A DNA stretch of 64,000 nucleotides from Euryhalocaulis sp. (GTDB taxonomy: Bacteria > Pseudomonadota > Alphaproteobacteria > Caulobacterales > Maricaulaceae). The notes below the pieces were generated by a model that searched no databases, had not been told where the DNA came from, and saw nothing but the letters and a program-made list of their open reading frames with translations. The translations under genes were made by a program, and so were the position numbers. The DNA is taken from assembly GCA_050486445.1 (NCBI GenBank), contig JBJHDH010000011.1:2870-66869 (forward strand). The letters run 5' to 3'. Positions 52,367 through 63,619 of the stretch are shown here, one piece after another; positions within the stretch are counted from its first letter, which is position 1; each line of letters begins with the position of its first letter.

Positions 52367-53362
52367 ATGAAACTTCACGCCGAAGCCCAGTCCTGGCCGA
52401 TCCGTGGCGGTTTTCGCATCGCACGGGGAGCAAAACGCACGGCGGAGACAGTGGTTGCCCGAATCGAGGGGGACGCGGGGGCCGGATGGGGCGAATCTGT
52501 TCCCTATGCCCGCTATGGCGAAACCGTCGATTCGGCGCTGGCGCAGCTTCACGCCCTGGCCGGCGGCGCGATACCGGACCGGGCGGCGTTGCAATCGGCC
52601 ATGCCCCCGGGGGCGGCCCGCGCGGCCCTGGACTGCGCCCTGTGGGATTATGAGGCCAAGACCAGCTGGCAGAGCGTAGCTGAGGGGCTGATGGCGCTGA
52701 CCCGGGCCGCGCCGCGACCCGGGCCGCTGACCACCGCCTTCACGATCAGCCTCGATTCGCCGGAGGCGATGGCCCGCGCCGCCGCCTCGGCGGCGGACCG
52801 GAAGCTGCTCAAGCTGAAACTCGGCCAGGCGGCGGACGACCTGGCGCGCGTTCAGGCGGTGCGCGGGGCGCGGCCCGATGCGCGCCTGATCGCCGACGCC
52901 AATGAGGGCTGGGACATCGCCGCGCTGGAGGCGCTGGCCGGGCCGCTGGCGGCGCTGGGCGTGGCCCTGATCGAACAGCCGCTGCCAGCGGGGGCCGATG
53001 CGGCGCTGGCGGAGAGGAGCTGGCCGGTGCTGCTCTGCGCCGACGAAAGCGTGCATACGCGGGCGGAGCTGGACGCCCTGCCCGCCGCTTATGGCGCGAT
53101 CAATATCAAGATCGACAAGGCCGGCGGCCTGACAGAGGCGGCGCTGCTGGCCGCCGCGGCGCGGGCGCGGGGCCTGCAAATCATGGTCGGCTGCATGGTG
53201 GCCACCTCGCTCAGCATGGCGCCGGCCGCGCTGCTGGCCTCGGCCGTGGGCGCGGAGTTCGTCGATCTGGACGGGCCGCTGCTGCTGGAGCAGGACCGCG
53301 AGCATGGCATTCTTTATCGCGGCGCGGAGATGGCGCCGCCCTCGCCTTTGCTCTGGGGATAG
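52367..53362 (+). CDS. dipeptide epimerase (enolase superfamily, L-Ala-D/L-Glu epimerase-like)
   Basis: 331 aa with KLKLG, DANEGW, IEQPL, CADES and NIKIDKAGGLTEA. Confidence 0.8.
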   Translation: MKLHAEAQSWPIRGGFRIARGAKRTAETVVARIEGDAGAGWGESVPYARYGETVDSALAQLHALAGGAIPDRAALQSAMPPGAARAALDCALWDYEAKTSWQSVAEGLMALTRAAPRPGPLTTAFTISLDSPEAMARAAASAADRKLLKLKLGQAADDLARVQAVRGARPDARLIADANEGWDIAALEALAGPLAALGVALIEQPLPAGADAALAERSWPVLLCADESVHTRAELDALPAAYGAINIKIDKAGGLTEAALLAAAARARGLQIMVGCMVATSLSMAPAALLASAVGAEFVDLDGPLLLEQDREHGILYRGAEMAPPSPLLWG

Positions 53363-54507
53363 AGACCGGCGAACAGCAAGAGCGCCGCCAGCGCGCCAAT
53401 CCCGGCCGGAACAGCCATTACCGCGAATCCCCCTGCGCCATAGCGCGCGAACAGCCAGCCAGAGGCTGCCGCCGCCAGCGCCGCGAACGCCCCCCCGGAA
53501 ATCGCCGAATTCAGCGCCAGCGCGCCGGCGGCGCTGCGCTCGCCCGCGATCCGCTCGGCGAACAGCACAAAGCCCAGAAACACCGCGCCAAAGCTGAGCG
53601 CATGCAGGCATTGCAGCCCGAACAGCACAGCCAGCGGCGGCGACATGGCGGTCAACAGCCAGCGCAGCGCCCCGGCGATTCCGCCCGCCGCCAGAAACAG
53701 CGCCGGATGCAGGCGCGCGCCAAACCGCGCCGTGACGGCGAAGAACACGATCTCGGCCGCCACGCCCACGCCCCACAGCGCGCCGACCACGGTGGCGTCC
53801 ATGCCCTGCTGGCGCCAGGCCAGCGCCGAGAAGGAATAATAGAAAGCGTGGCTGGCGATAATGAAGCCGGAGGCGGTGAGCGCCAGCAGGAAGTCCGGCC
53901 GCGAGACCAGCGCACTCATACTCCGCAGCCGCTCGCGCAGGGTCTCCGCATTGCCCATCCGCTCTCCGCGCGGCAGAAGATGCGCCGCCCCGGCCAGCAG
54001 CGCCGAGGCCGCGATCATCCAGACCAGCATCGCCTCCGCCCCCCAGCGCCCGATCGCCGCGCCGCAGGCCAGATTGGCGACGATAAAGGCGGCGGACCCC
54101 ACCGCCCGCACCGGACCGAAGGCGAAGCCGCCGCGCCGCGCCTCGCGCACCGCCAGGCTGTCGGACAGCGGGATGATCGGATACAGCGCCGCGCCGGTGA
54201 AAAACGCCAGCGCCAGCATGATCGACGGATCGCGCGCCGGGATATGCGCCAGCCAGAACGCCAAAGTCAGCCAGGCCAGCGCCACCAGCGGAAACCGCGC
54301 CAGACGCAGCCCGTCACTCCACAGCGCCGCCAGCGGCGAGACCAGCATCCGCGCCACCAGGCCAAGCGCGGCGGCCAGACCGACCTGCTCGGCCGTCAGG
54401 CCGCGCGCCTCGTGCCAGACCGGCCAATAGGGCAGCACCGCCCCCCAGGCGAGGAAAAAGGCCGAGTAAAACAGGCAGAGGCGCAGCGCGGGCGTTCGGA
54501 GAGACAT
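53314..54507 (-). CDS. MFS transporter (HcaT/MFS_1-like)
   Basis: 397 aa with 12 predicted hydrophobic segments. The 3' end overlaps the epimerase 3' end by 49 nt. Confidence 0.65.
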   Translation of the reverse strand: MSLRTPALRLCLFYSAFFLAWGAVLPYWPVWHEARGLTAEQVGLAAALGLVARMLVSPLAALWSDGLRLARFPLVALAWLTLAFWLAHIPARDPSIMLALAFFTGAALYPIIPLSDSLAVREARRGGFAFGPVRAVGSAAFIVANLACGAAIGRWGAEAMLVWMIAASALLAGAAHLLPRGERMGNAETLRERLRSMSALVSRPDFLLALTASGFIIASHAFYYSFSALAWRQQGMDATVVGALWGVGVAAEIVFFAVTARFGARLHPALFLAAGGIAGALRWLLTAMSPPLAVLFGLQCLHALSFGAVFLGFVLFAERIAGERSAAGALALNSAISGGAFAALAAAASGWLFARYGAGGFAVMAVPAGIGALAALLLFAGLYPQSKGEGGAISAPR

Positions 54508-54623
54508 GGGAGGGCGTCGTATCGCGGCTGGAACGCCGTGCGCTCGGGGTTGGCTTCGCCGCTCCTTTAGCGAAGACCCCGCATTTCAGCGAGTCCGGCG
54601 AGGGCCCCAATCTCATTCCTCAT

Positions 54624-54734
54624 CTCGAGGAGCCGCCGCAAGGCGGCGTCTCGAGGGACGCTCCAGCATGACGCAGGCGTTGGTGGAATCTGGAGCGTGC
54701 TTCGAGACAGCCGTCAGCATCAAATGCTGACGGC
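54624..54734. repeat. mosaic of three hairpins in the intergenic region
   Basis: Hairpin 54624..54655 is CTCGAGGAGCCGCC-gcaa-GGCGGCGTCTCGAG. Hairpin 54658..54698 is ACGCTCCAG-N23-CTGGAGCGT. Hairpin 54710..54734 is GCCGTCAGCAT-caa-ATGCTGACGGC, perfect 11 bp. Confidence 0.8.
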
Positions 54735-54803
54735 TTCCTCAGCATGAGGGTGATGTTTGGTATTGCCGCGTCCGGGGACCGCCGTTGAGGTAACAAGGAT
54801 GCC

Positions 54804-55478
54804 TCAGCTTGAGGCCGCCAGCGCGGCGCGGCGGCGCTCGGCGAACGCATCGGCATGCCCGGTCAGGGTCTCCGCCCCGGCGCGTAATTGCTCCTGCCGC
54901 GCCCGCAGCGCCGTATGTTCGGATGAGCGCAGGCGCGAGGCCATCGCCGTAACCGCCTCATCGAAGAAGCGCGCGCCGCGCAGCGCCGTCTGCGCCGCGC
55001 TTTCAGTCTCGGCAAGATCCAGCTCGGCGCCGCGCGCGTCGAACGCGCCGCCCCGCGCCGCATTCGCGGCCAGATTGGCCGCATCGACCAGATGCGCCGC
55101 GCGCTCCAGATCGGCGCCCAGCTGCGCCCCTGCGCCCTCGCCCGCGGGCAGGCGCGCCAGATACCGCTCCAGCGGGGTTTGTTCCGGCGCCTCTGCGCGC
55201 CCGCGCAGCAACATGGAGGTCAGACGCTGCGCCGCGCCCGGTTCGTCTTCAGCCACGCCCCAGCCTTCCGCCGCGAAGACCCGCCGCAGCTCCGCCGCCG
55301 CATTGTGCAGCGCGCTTTGCTCAGAGCGCGGCATGGCGGCGCTATCCAGGCTGACGCTGGCGCAGCCGGAAACGGTCAGCAGGGCGGCGGCCAGCGCCAG
55401 CATGGGCGCGGCGCGAAACCATGCGGCGAGCGATGCGATCTGGTGCAAGAACAATCCCCAATCGGCGCGGCCGGGCAT
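54804..55478 (-). CDS. hypothetical lipoprotein
   Basis: ALLTVSGCAS lipobox, then an Ala/Arg/Glu-rich helical sequence. Start is uncertain (55478 or 55403). Confidence 0.4.
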   Translation of the reverse strand: MPGRADWGLFLHQIASLAAWFRAAPMLALAAALLTVSGCASVSLDSAAMPRSEQSALHNAAAELRRVFAAEGWGVAEDEPGAAQRLTSMLLRGRAEAPEQTPLERYLARLPAGEGAGAQLGADLERAAHLVDAANLAANAARGGAFDARGAELDLAETESAAQTALRGARFFDEAVTAMASRLRSSEHTALRARQEQLRAGAETLTGHADAFAERRRAALAASS

Positions 55479-55563
55479 ACGGGCCGCGCATTCTCTATAA
55501 TGCTATGATACCCAACACGTTCCAGTCTTCCGATGACAACCCCCGGACGCAGTTTTTCGCCCC

Positions 55564-56556
55564 ATGCACGAACCCGTCTCCGCACGCCGCGGCTTTTATC
55601 CCCCCATAGAGCCGGACGAATCCGGCTTCCTGCCCGTCGATGGCGGTCATGAACTCTATTGGGAGCGAGTCGGCGCGGAAGACGGCCTGCCCGCCGTGGT
55701 GCTGCATGGCGGGCCGGGCGGCGGGATCAATCCCTGGATGCGCCGCTATTTCGACGCACAGCGCTGGCGCGTGACGCTGTTCGACCAGCGCGGCTGCGGG
55801 CGCAGCCGGCCATTCTCGTCGCTGGAGCACAACACCACCTGGGATCTTGTCGCCGACATCGAACGCTTCCGCGAAATCGCGGGCGTCGACTCATGGACCG
55901 TGTTCGGCGGCTCGTGGGGTTCGACGCTGGCGCTGGCCTATGCCCAGACGCACCCGGAGCGGGTGCGCGCGCTGATCCTGCGCGGGGTCTTCCTGCTGAT
56001 GCGCGAAGAGATGGACTGGCTCTATCGCGACGGCGCCAACCGCCTTTTCCCCGACGCATGGGAGCGGCTGATCGCGCCGATCCCGGAAGCCGAACGCAGC
56101 GACCTGATCGCCGCCTTTCATCGCAGGCTGACCGGCGGCGACCCGGAAGCGCGGCGCGAAGCGGCGCGGGCCTGGGCGCAATATGAGGGCGATCTGCTGT
56201 CCATCGCCGGGCCGGCGGGGCGGCCGCCCGTCTTCAATGATGAATCCTATACGGACGCCTTCGCCCGGATCGAGACGCATTATTTTGTCCATGACGGCTT
56301 TTTCGCGCGCGACGGCCAGCTCCTGAAAGACGCCGGGCGCCTGGCCGGCATTCCCTGCATCATCGTCAACGGGCGCTATGACGCCCTGACTCCGCCGCGC
56401 GCCGCCTTCCGCCTGCACGAGGCCCTGCCCGGCTCGCGTCTCGTGATCGTGCCGGACGCCGGCCACGCCGCTTCGGACCCCGGAATTGTCGATGCGCTGG
56501 TTCGGGCCACCGATGAAATGGCGGGCTTGCCGGCCCGCCAGGCCGCCGGCCGTTAA
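55564..56556 (+). CDS. pip: prolyl aminopeptidase (proline iminopeptidase)
   Basis: 330 aa with HGGPGGG and GGSWGSTLALAYA (nucleophile elbow). Confidence 0.9.
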   Translation: MHEPVSARRGFYPPIEPDESGFLPVDGGHELYWERVGAEDGLPAVVLHGGPGGGINPWMRRYFDAQRWRVTLFDQRGCGRSRPFSSLEHNTTWDLVADIERFREIAGVDSWTVFGGSWGSTLALAYAQTHPERVRALILRGVFLLMREEMDWLYRDGANRLFPDAWERLIAPIPEAERSDLIAAFHRRLTGGDPEARREAARAWAQYEGDLLSIAGPAGRPPVFNDESYTDAFARIETHYFVHDGFFARDGQLLKDAGRLAGIPCIIVNGRYDALTPPRAAFRLHEALPGSRLVIVPDAGHAASDPGIVDALVRATDEMAGLPARQAAGR

Positions 56557-56655
56557 TACTTACGCTAACCGATTTGAAAGGCCTTGCAGCTGATGATCGG
56601 GGCTGCGGAGGGACCAGCGGCCGGAAACGGCGGCGCCAATAACAAGGGAAAGGCA

Positions 56656-57027
56656 ATGAGCCACCCGAACGGAAGCAACAATGCTGCCGAACTGCCGCTC
56701 GTGGACCGGTCGGCGCTCGATCCCATCATGAAGGTGACGGGCCCGGCCGTAATGCGCCGGATTATCGACGCCTTCTGGGCCGAGGCCGGCGCCATGACCG
56801 GCGCGCTGAACACTGCCATCGCCTCGGGCCAGCAGGAGGAAATCCGCAGGGCGGCCCACACGCTGAAAGGCGCGGCGTCCAATGTCGGCGCCGGACGGGC
56901 GGCGCGCATCGCCGCGGCGATGGAAAAAGCCGACCCGGCTCAGGCGCGCGTGCTGCTGGCGGCGCTGGAACAATCGCTCGAACAAACCCGCCCCGCCCTT
57001 GAAATGGTGCTGAACGAAGCCGCCTGA
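56656..57027 (+). CDS. stand-alone Hpt domain protein
   Basis: AAHTLKGAASNVGA motif. Start at ATG 56656 with GGGAAAGG upstream. The track ORF starts at 56584. Confidence 0.6.
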   Translation: MSHPNGSNNAAELPLVDRSALDPIMKVTGPAVMRRIIDAFWAEAGAMTGALNTAIASGQQEEIRRAAHTLKGAASNVGAGRAARIAAAMEKADPAQARVLLAALEQSLEQTRPALEMVLNEAA

Positions 57028-57043
57028 GAAGCGTCCTGAGCGG

Positions 57044-58189
57044 TTAGAGCAGCGCGCGGGTCTGTTCCAGCCGCTGGCCGCGATTGATCTGCGCCGACAG
57101 GATAATTCCGAACCCGGCCATTACCGACAGCATGATCGTGCCGCCATAGGAAATCAGCGGCAGCGGCACGCCCACCACCGGCGCCAGCCCGATCACCATC
57201 GCGATATTGATCAGCACATAGAACACAAAGGTGGCTGCGATGCCGGTCACCGCCAGACGGTTGAACTGGCTGCGGCAGCTTACGGCGATCTGGCCGGCGC
57301 GCAGCGTAATCATGCCATAGAGCGCCAGCACGAACAGGCCGCCGGCCATGCCGAACTCCTCGCCGATCGTGGTGAAGATAAAGTCGGTATGCTTCTCCGG
57401 CAGGAAGTTCAGCGCCGATTGCGTGCCTTCCAGATAGCCCTTGCCCCAGACACCGCCGGAGCCGAGCGCGATCTTGGACTGCATCAGCTGATAACCGGCG
57501 CCCAGCGGATCGCTTTCCGGATCGAAGAAACTGAAGACGCGCTCGCGCTGATAATCGTGCAGCACGAACTCGAAAACGACTGGCACGCTGACCGCGATGC
57601 CCGCCACCCCGATCAGAATCACCCACCAGTTGAGGCCCGCCAGAAAGATCACCGTCACGCCCGTCAGCACCAGCAGCACCGCGGTGCCAAGATCGGGCTG
57701 GCGGGCGATCAGGGCGGCCGGCGCGAGGATCAGAACCAGCGGGATAATGGCGCCCAGCACGCTGCGCGCGCGTTCAGGCGACAGGCCGTGATAATAGCGC
57801 GCCAGCGCCAGAACCAGCGCGATTTTCATAAATTCCGAAGGCTGCATGCTGAGCGGGCCAAGGCTCAGCCAGCGCTGCGCCCCGCCGCCGACAAAGCCGA
57901 ACAGCTCCACGGCGATCAGCAGCACCATCGTCGCCGCCCAGGCGGGATAAGCCGCCGCCATCCAGATGCGAGGATTAATCATCGCCAGGGCCAGCATGAT
58001 TCCCAGCGCGAGGAGAAAGCGCAACGCGTGCGCGGCCGCCCAGGGCGTCCAGGAGCCGCCCGCCACCGAATACAGCATGGCCACACCCATGCCGCCCGCC
58101 AGGCACAGCAGCGTCACCAGCGTCCAGTCCAGTTCGACAACTGCGCCGCCAATATTGCGTGGCGCGGATTCGGAGCTGAAGATCGCCAT
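57044..58189 (-). CDS. rodA: rod shape-determining protein RodA (SEDS family)
   Basis: 381 aa with QPSEFMKI and TDFIF...GEEFG motifs. Downstream of mrdA. Confidence 0.92.
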   Translation of the reverse strand: MAIFSSESAPRNIGGAVVELDWTLVTLLCLAGGMGVAMLYSVAGGSWTPWAAAHALRFLLALGIMLALAMINPRIWMAAAYPAWAATMVLLIAVELFGFVGGGAQRWLSLGPLSMQPSEFMKIALVLALARYYHGLSPERARSVLGAIIPLVLILAPAALIARQPDLGTAVLLVLTGVTVIFLAGLNWWVILIGVAGIAVSVPVVFEFVLHDYQRERVFSFFDPESDPLGAGYQLMQSKIALGSGGVWGKGYLEGTQSALNFLPEKHTDFIFTTIGEEFGMAGGLFVLALYGMITLRAGQIAVSCRSQFNRLAVTGIAATFVFYVLINIAMVIGLAPVVGVPLPLISYGGTIMLSVMAGFGIILSAQINRGQRLEQTRALL

Positions 58190-58200
58190 CGCCGGAACCG

Positions 58201-60048
58201 CTACAACGCCGCTATCGGGCTGGCGGGGGAGCGGCCCGAATTGCGGTCCATCGCGGCGATCAGAATGTCGCGCGCCATCGGGCCGCTGACTCGCGACCCG
58301 GCGCTGCCATGCTCGACGATCACCGCGACGGCGTAGCGCGGCGCGTCGAACGGCGCATAGGCGATGAACAACGCATGGTCGCGCAGCCGCCAGGTCAGAT
58401 TTTCGTTGCGGATCACGCCCGTCGCGCGCTCGGCGGCGGAGATGTTGCGGGCCTGGGCCGAACCGCTCTTGCCCGCCATTTCCACGCCGCGTTCGGTCAG
58501 CACCGCGCGCAGCGTATTATACGCTGTGCCGCCCGGCTCATGGCACACGCCGCGCATACCTCGCCGCATGACGGCGAAGGCGTCCTCCGCATAATCCAGC
58601 GTCTCGAACTGCGGAGCGCCGCCATCCAGAACCAGACGCGGCAGCACGCGCCGGCCGCTGGCCAGGCGCGCAGTCATGGTTGCGAGCTGCAACGACGAAG
58701 ATGTGATGAAGCCCTGACCGATGCCCGCGCTGATTGTCTCGCCGGGATACCAGGGCTCGCCCATCGTGGCGCGCTTCCACGCATCGTCCGGCATCACGCC
58801 GGCGCGCACGCCGGGAAGGCCGATATCCGGCAATTCGCTGATGCCGAATTCGCGCGCGACCTCGGCCAGCCGCTCGATGCCCAGCCGCCGCGCGGCCTCG
58901 TAAAAATAGACGTTGCAGGAATGTTTGATGGCGTCGTGCAGGTCGACCGAGCCATGCCGGCTCCAGCAGGCGTAACGCCGGTTGCCGAACTGGAAGCCGC
59001 CATTGCAGAACACACGCTCGCCCGGCCGCATGGCGCCATGGCGGGCCGCCGCCATCGCCACGATCGGCTTGAATGTCGAGCCGGGCGGAAACTGGCCGGC
59101 GATCGCTTTCTTGAACAGCGGATTGGCCTCATCGGCCAGCAGCGCGTCATACTCGGTCTGCGTGATGCGGCGCGCGAAGACGTTCGGGTCGTAGGCGGGA
59201 TAGGAGGCCAGCGCCAGAATATCGCCGTTATGGATGTCGAGCAGCGCGGCGCTGGCGGCGCGCTCTTCCGACAGGCGCTCCACCGCGTATTCCTGAAGCC
59301 CGGCGTCCAGCGTCAGGCGCACATCGTTCCCCGGACGCGCGGCCGTGGCAGGGTCCGGAAGCTCACGCACCACGCGGCCAAAGGCGTCCACCTCGACCTT
59401 CAGCGAACCGGCGCCGCCGCGCAGTTCCGGGTCCAGCGCCTGTTCCATGCCGTCGCGGCCGACGCGGAAATTCGGGCTGCGCAGCAGCGGGTCGTTGCCC
59501 GCCATCTCCTGATCCGCCTGGCCGACATAGCCGGTGACATGCGCGAAGAGCGGCCCCTTTGGGTAGGACCGTGTTTCCCCGACAAGGGGCAGAACGCCGG
59601 GCAGTTCCGGCGCATGAAGATTTACCTGTACAAACGTATCCCAATTCAGGTTTTCCGCGACGGTGACGGCGCGGAATACGGGCGTGCGTGAAATCTCGCG
59701 CAGCAGGCCCTGCTTGCGCTCCTCCGACATCGGGACGATGCGCGACAGGCGGTCGAGCACCATCGCCGGATCCTTCGCATTCTCCGCGACGATCTGGACG
59801 GTGTAGTTTTCCTCGTTCTCCGCCAGCGGCTCGCCGAACCGGTCCAGGATGCGTCCGCGCGAAGGTGTGAGCAGGCGATAATTGAACTGGTTGCCGTCCG
59901 ACAGGACGGCGAAGCGGTCCGCCTCATTCACCTGGATATGGTGCAGTCGCCCGGCGAGCACGGCAAAGCCCACGCCCGCGCCGAACCCCAGAAGGATGGC
60001 GCGCCGCGTAAAGGCTGCTTCCGTATCCCGCGCGTCGCTGCCGCTCAC
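58201..60048 (-). CDS. mrdA: penicillin-binding protein 2
   Basis: 615 aa with transpeptidase motifs STFKP, SCN and KSGSA. Confidence 0.92.
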   Translation of the reverse strand: MSGSDARDTEAAFTRRAILLGFGAGVGFAVLAGRLHHIQVNEADRFAVLSDGNQFNYRLLTPSRGRILDRFGEPLAENEENYTVQIVAENAKDPAMVLDRLSRIVPMSEERKQGLLREISRTPVFRAVTVAENLNWDTFVQVNLHAPELPGVLPLVGETRSYPKGPLFAHVTGYVGQADQEMAGNDPLLRSPNFRVGRDGMEQALDPELRGGAGSLKVEVDAFGRVVRELPDPATAARPGNDVRLTLDAGLQEYAVERLSEERAASAALLDIHNGDILALASYPAYDPNVFARRITQTEYDALLADEANPLFKKAIAGQFPPGSTFKPIVAMAAARHGAMRPGERVFCNGGFQFGNRRYACWSRHGSVDLHDAIKHSCNVYFYEAARRLGIERLAEVAREFGISELPDIGLPGVRAGVMPDDAWKRATMGEPWYPGETISAGIGQGFITSSSLQLATMTARLASGRRVLPRLVLDGGAPQFETLDYAEDAFAVMRRGMRGVCHEPGGTAYNTLRAVLTERGVEMAGKSGSAQARNISAAERATGVIRNENLTWRLRDHALFIAYAPFDAPRYAVAVIVEHGSAGSRVSGPMARDILIAAMDRNSGRSPASPIAAL

Positions 60049-60569
60049 GATCTCCCCCGGCCCAGCCCCACGGTCTTCGCCAGCGCGAAAAAGCCGGCCT
60101 CAAGAACAGGATACGTCAAAACTGTAAGAATCAATTGAAGAAGTTGCAGCCATGTGACGCTAACTGGCCGGGCGGACGCGCCAAAAGCGGCCAGCCCCGC
60201 CACTGCGACCGCCGCCACGGCTCCGGCGATCCCGGCCAGGCGCCGCCACAGATCGGCCCCCAGAACATAGGGCCGCAGCACGCGGGCCGCGCCAGAGGCC
60301 GTCAGCAGGCCGAGCGCCCAGAATCCCAGCGGCGTCCAGGTCAGCAGATCCAGCGCCAGACCGGCCAGAAACACGGCCAGTGGCGGCATCAGAGATGGCC
60401 GGACAACGGTCCAGAAATAGACGACCATCACTGCGAACAGCGGCGCAGGAACCGGGCCCAGTAGACCCGGCGCGGCGGTCAGCACCAGCGCGACCACAAG
60501 CGTCAGCACAGCCAGAAAGACCGGAGCCGGACCGGGGCTGTCGCCCTCGAACAGCCGGGAGCGGATCAT
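60045..60569 (-). CDS. mreD: rod shape-determining protein MreD
   Basis: 174 aa hydrophobic protein located between mreC and mrdA. Confidence 0.75.
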   Translation of the reverse strand: MIRSRLFEGDSPGPAPVFLAVLTLVVALVLTAAPGLLGPVPAPLFAVMVVYFWTVVRPSLMPPLAVFLAGLALDLLTWTPLGFWALGLLTASGAARVLRPYVLGADLWRRLAGIAGAVAAVAVAGLAAFGASARPVSVTWLQLLQLILTVLTYPVLEAGFFALAKTVGLGRGRS

Positions 60570-61720
60570 TGCCCCACCCCGCCCAGAATGCGCGATTGCG
60601 GAAGCTCCGGCGACGGGCGGGACGCAGGCGGCGGGCTGTCAGGCTCCGGCTGGGGCTCTGGCCGGGGTTCAAATTCAGGCGCGGGTTCGGCCGGGGGCGC
60701 GGGCGCGGCAGGCGGAGTCACTCCGGCGGTCTGAACGGTCTGAGACGGCTGGGCAGACTCCTGCGCCGCCGGGCCAGGCGGAGCGGACGCCCCGGCCATG
60801 ATCGCCGTTTCTGTATCTCCAGCGTCTTCGGCGTCTTCTGCGTCCGGCGCATCCTCCACCATCGGATAGACGGGTGTCACTGCCTCAGGCGGCGGCGATG
60901 GGACCGGGTCGTGCGGATAGACCCAGACCGCGTCGATAGGCGCCCTGCTGGAATACAGCGCCACGCGCCAGCTTTCATCGCCGGCCATGGCGGTCACGCC
61001 GACCGGAAGGCCGCGCGGAAACACGCGGGAATCGCCGGATGTCACGATGCGGTCCCCTTCCGCCAGACGCCGGTCGCCAGTGGCGAAGTCCAGCCGGGGA
61101 ACGCCCGTATTGTCACCGATCAGCACAGCGCGCACGCGGCCGTCCTCGGTCATCACCGGCGTGCGGCTGCTGGCGTCGGTCAGCAGCAGGATGCGCGACG
61201 AGCGCGCCGAAACGCTGATGAGGCGGCCGACCAGGCCGCGGTCGGTCAGCACCGGATAGCCGGGTTTCAGATCCTTGTCCTCGCCGCCCATCATCAGCCG
61301 CACATGCTGGAACGGGCCGCCGCTTTCGGCGACCGTCCATGCGGCGATGGGGTCAGCGGTCTCCACGCCGGGAATATTGAGGATAGCCTCATAGGCCGAG
61401 ACCTTGTCGCGCAGCGACAGGGCCAGCTCGCGCCAGCCTTCCAGCTCGGCGATCTCCGCCCGCAACTCCTCATTCTGGCGATAGACGTCCCAATGGCGGT
61501 CCAGCGTCTCGCCGAACGAACGGACGCCGCTGAGCGGAGCGGAAACGCCGCTCATCACCGGCGCGGCCAGATCGTCGGCGCCGCCGCGCAGCGCCTCCAC
61601 CCAGCCGGGACGGGAATCGGGGCGATCCAGCACCAGAAGCGCCAGCGCCGCCACGGCCAGAAGGCCGTAGCTAAGCCGCGTCCAGCGCGTCCGACGCCGC
61701 CATGACCCCGGTTCGATCAC
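60566..61720 (-). CDS. mreC: rod shape-determining protein MreC with Pro-rich C-terminal extension
   Basis: 384 aa with an N-terminal TM, a coiled coil and beta-barrel domains (GYPVLTDRGLVGRL). The tail is PPAAPAPPAEPAPEFEPRPEPQPEP. Confidence 0.88.
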   Translation of the reverse strand: MIEPGSWRRRTRWTRLSYGLLAVAALALLVLDRPDSRPGWVEALRGGADDLAAPVMSGVSAPLSGVRSFGETLDRHWDVYRQNEELRAEIAELEGWRELALSLRDKVSAYEAILNIPGVETADPIAAWTVAESGGPFQHVRLMMGGEDKDLKPGYPVLTDRGLVGRLISVSARSSRILLLTDASSRTPVMTEDGRVRAVLIGDNTGVPRLDFATGDRRLAEGDRIVTSGDSRVFPRGLPVGVTAMAGDESWRVALYSSRAPIDAVWVYPHDPVPSPPPEAVTPVYPMVEDAPDAEDAEDAGDTETAIMAGASAPPGPAAQESAQPSQTVQTAGVTPPAAPAPPAEPAPEFEPRPEPQPEPDSPPPASRPSPELPQSRILGGVGQ

Positions 61721-61759
61721 GTTTTCAGGCCTCCCCCTGCACGGGGAGCCGGGCCGGAC

Positions 61760-62812
<1,053 letters not shown>

Positions 62813-62854
62813 TCAGGGAATTAGCTGCACTTGTGCGGCTGAAGCAGGGCGATT

Positions 62855-63619
62855 TCAAGGCCCCTTCTCCCCTTCTTCCACGCCGGAGCGCCGTTCGCGG
62901 CGCTTCAGAAAGCGGCGGGCGGCCAGCATCGCCCCCAGCCACACCGCCAGACCCAGCCCCACAAGGGCGAAGGCCCCCCAGATGTCCGCGCCCAGCAGAG
63001 CCTCGCTGACTCCCTTTCCGGTAAAGGCCACCAAGGCGATCTTGGGCACAATCCCGAGGCCGGTGCCCGCCAGATAGGCCGGTGCGCCGATATGACTCAT
63101 GCCAAGCCCCATATTCACCACAATGAACGGGGCGCTGGGCACGTTGCGGATGGCGAATGCGCTCCAGAACCCGTTGCGGCCGACAAAGCGGGACATGCGA
63201 TCCACCGCCTCGCCGCCATATCGCCGGGCCAGCGGCGCGCCGGAGATTCGCCCGAGCCAGAACGTGATCGCGCCCGAAATCATGGTGGCGATCCAGGACC
63301 AGGCGGCGCCGGTCCAGGGGCCAAAGGCCACTACCGCGGCGGCGATCAGCAGAAATTGCGGCGCGCCCAGAAAGGCCAGCGCGGTAAAAGCCAGAATCGT
63401 CACCGGCAGCGCCCATGGCGAACGGGCGGCGCTGGCAAACCAGTCCTCCAGCGCGCCGGCGTCGGGACCAAACCAGAACTTGCCCAGCACGAAGATCAGC
63501 GCCACCGCCGCGAGCATCGCGAGGCAGGCAAGCGTCGCCCGCGCCATGCTGGCGTCCATCGCGGTCAGGAACCGAACCAAACGCCGCATCGGGTGCCGCG
63601 CCCTCCCCTTTTCCTCCAA
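62855..63619 (-). CDS. TVP38/TMEM64 (DedA-related) family membrane protein
   Basis: 254 aa with multiple TM segments and a ...FWLGRISGAPLARRYGG... region typical of the family. Start is uncertain. Confidence 0.55.
   Translation of the reverse strand: MEEKGRARHPMRRLVRFLTAMDASMARATLACLAMLAAVALIFVLGKFWFGPDAGALEDWFASAARSPWALPVTILAFTALAFLGAPQFLLIAAAVVAFGPWTGAAWSWIATMISGAITFWLGRISGAPLARRYGGEAVDRMSRFVGRNGFWSAFAIRNVPSAPFIVVNMGLGMSHIGAPAYLAGTGLGIVPKIALVAFTGKGVSEALLGADIWGAFALVGLGLAVWLGAMLAARRFLKRRERRSGVEEGEKGP

Noticed and set aside
53314-53362. 49-nt overlap of the convergent 3' ends of the epimerase and MFS genes
   Set aside because: Both reading frames are otherwise well supported. Convergent overlaps occur in compact GC-rich genomes, and I saw no evidence of a frameshift or fusion. 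It is only worth a check if reads suggest an indel.
52298-53776. N-terminal ~490 aa of the 871-aa minus-strand ORF 51161..53776
   Set aside because: This part is Arg/Gly/Ala-rich, antisense to the well-supported dipeptide epimerase gene, and has no motifs. The MlaE-family protein starts convincingly at ATG 52297 (MGDATALQ..., STAS-like domain then permease).
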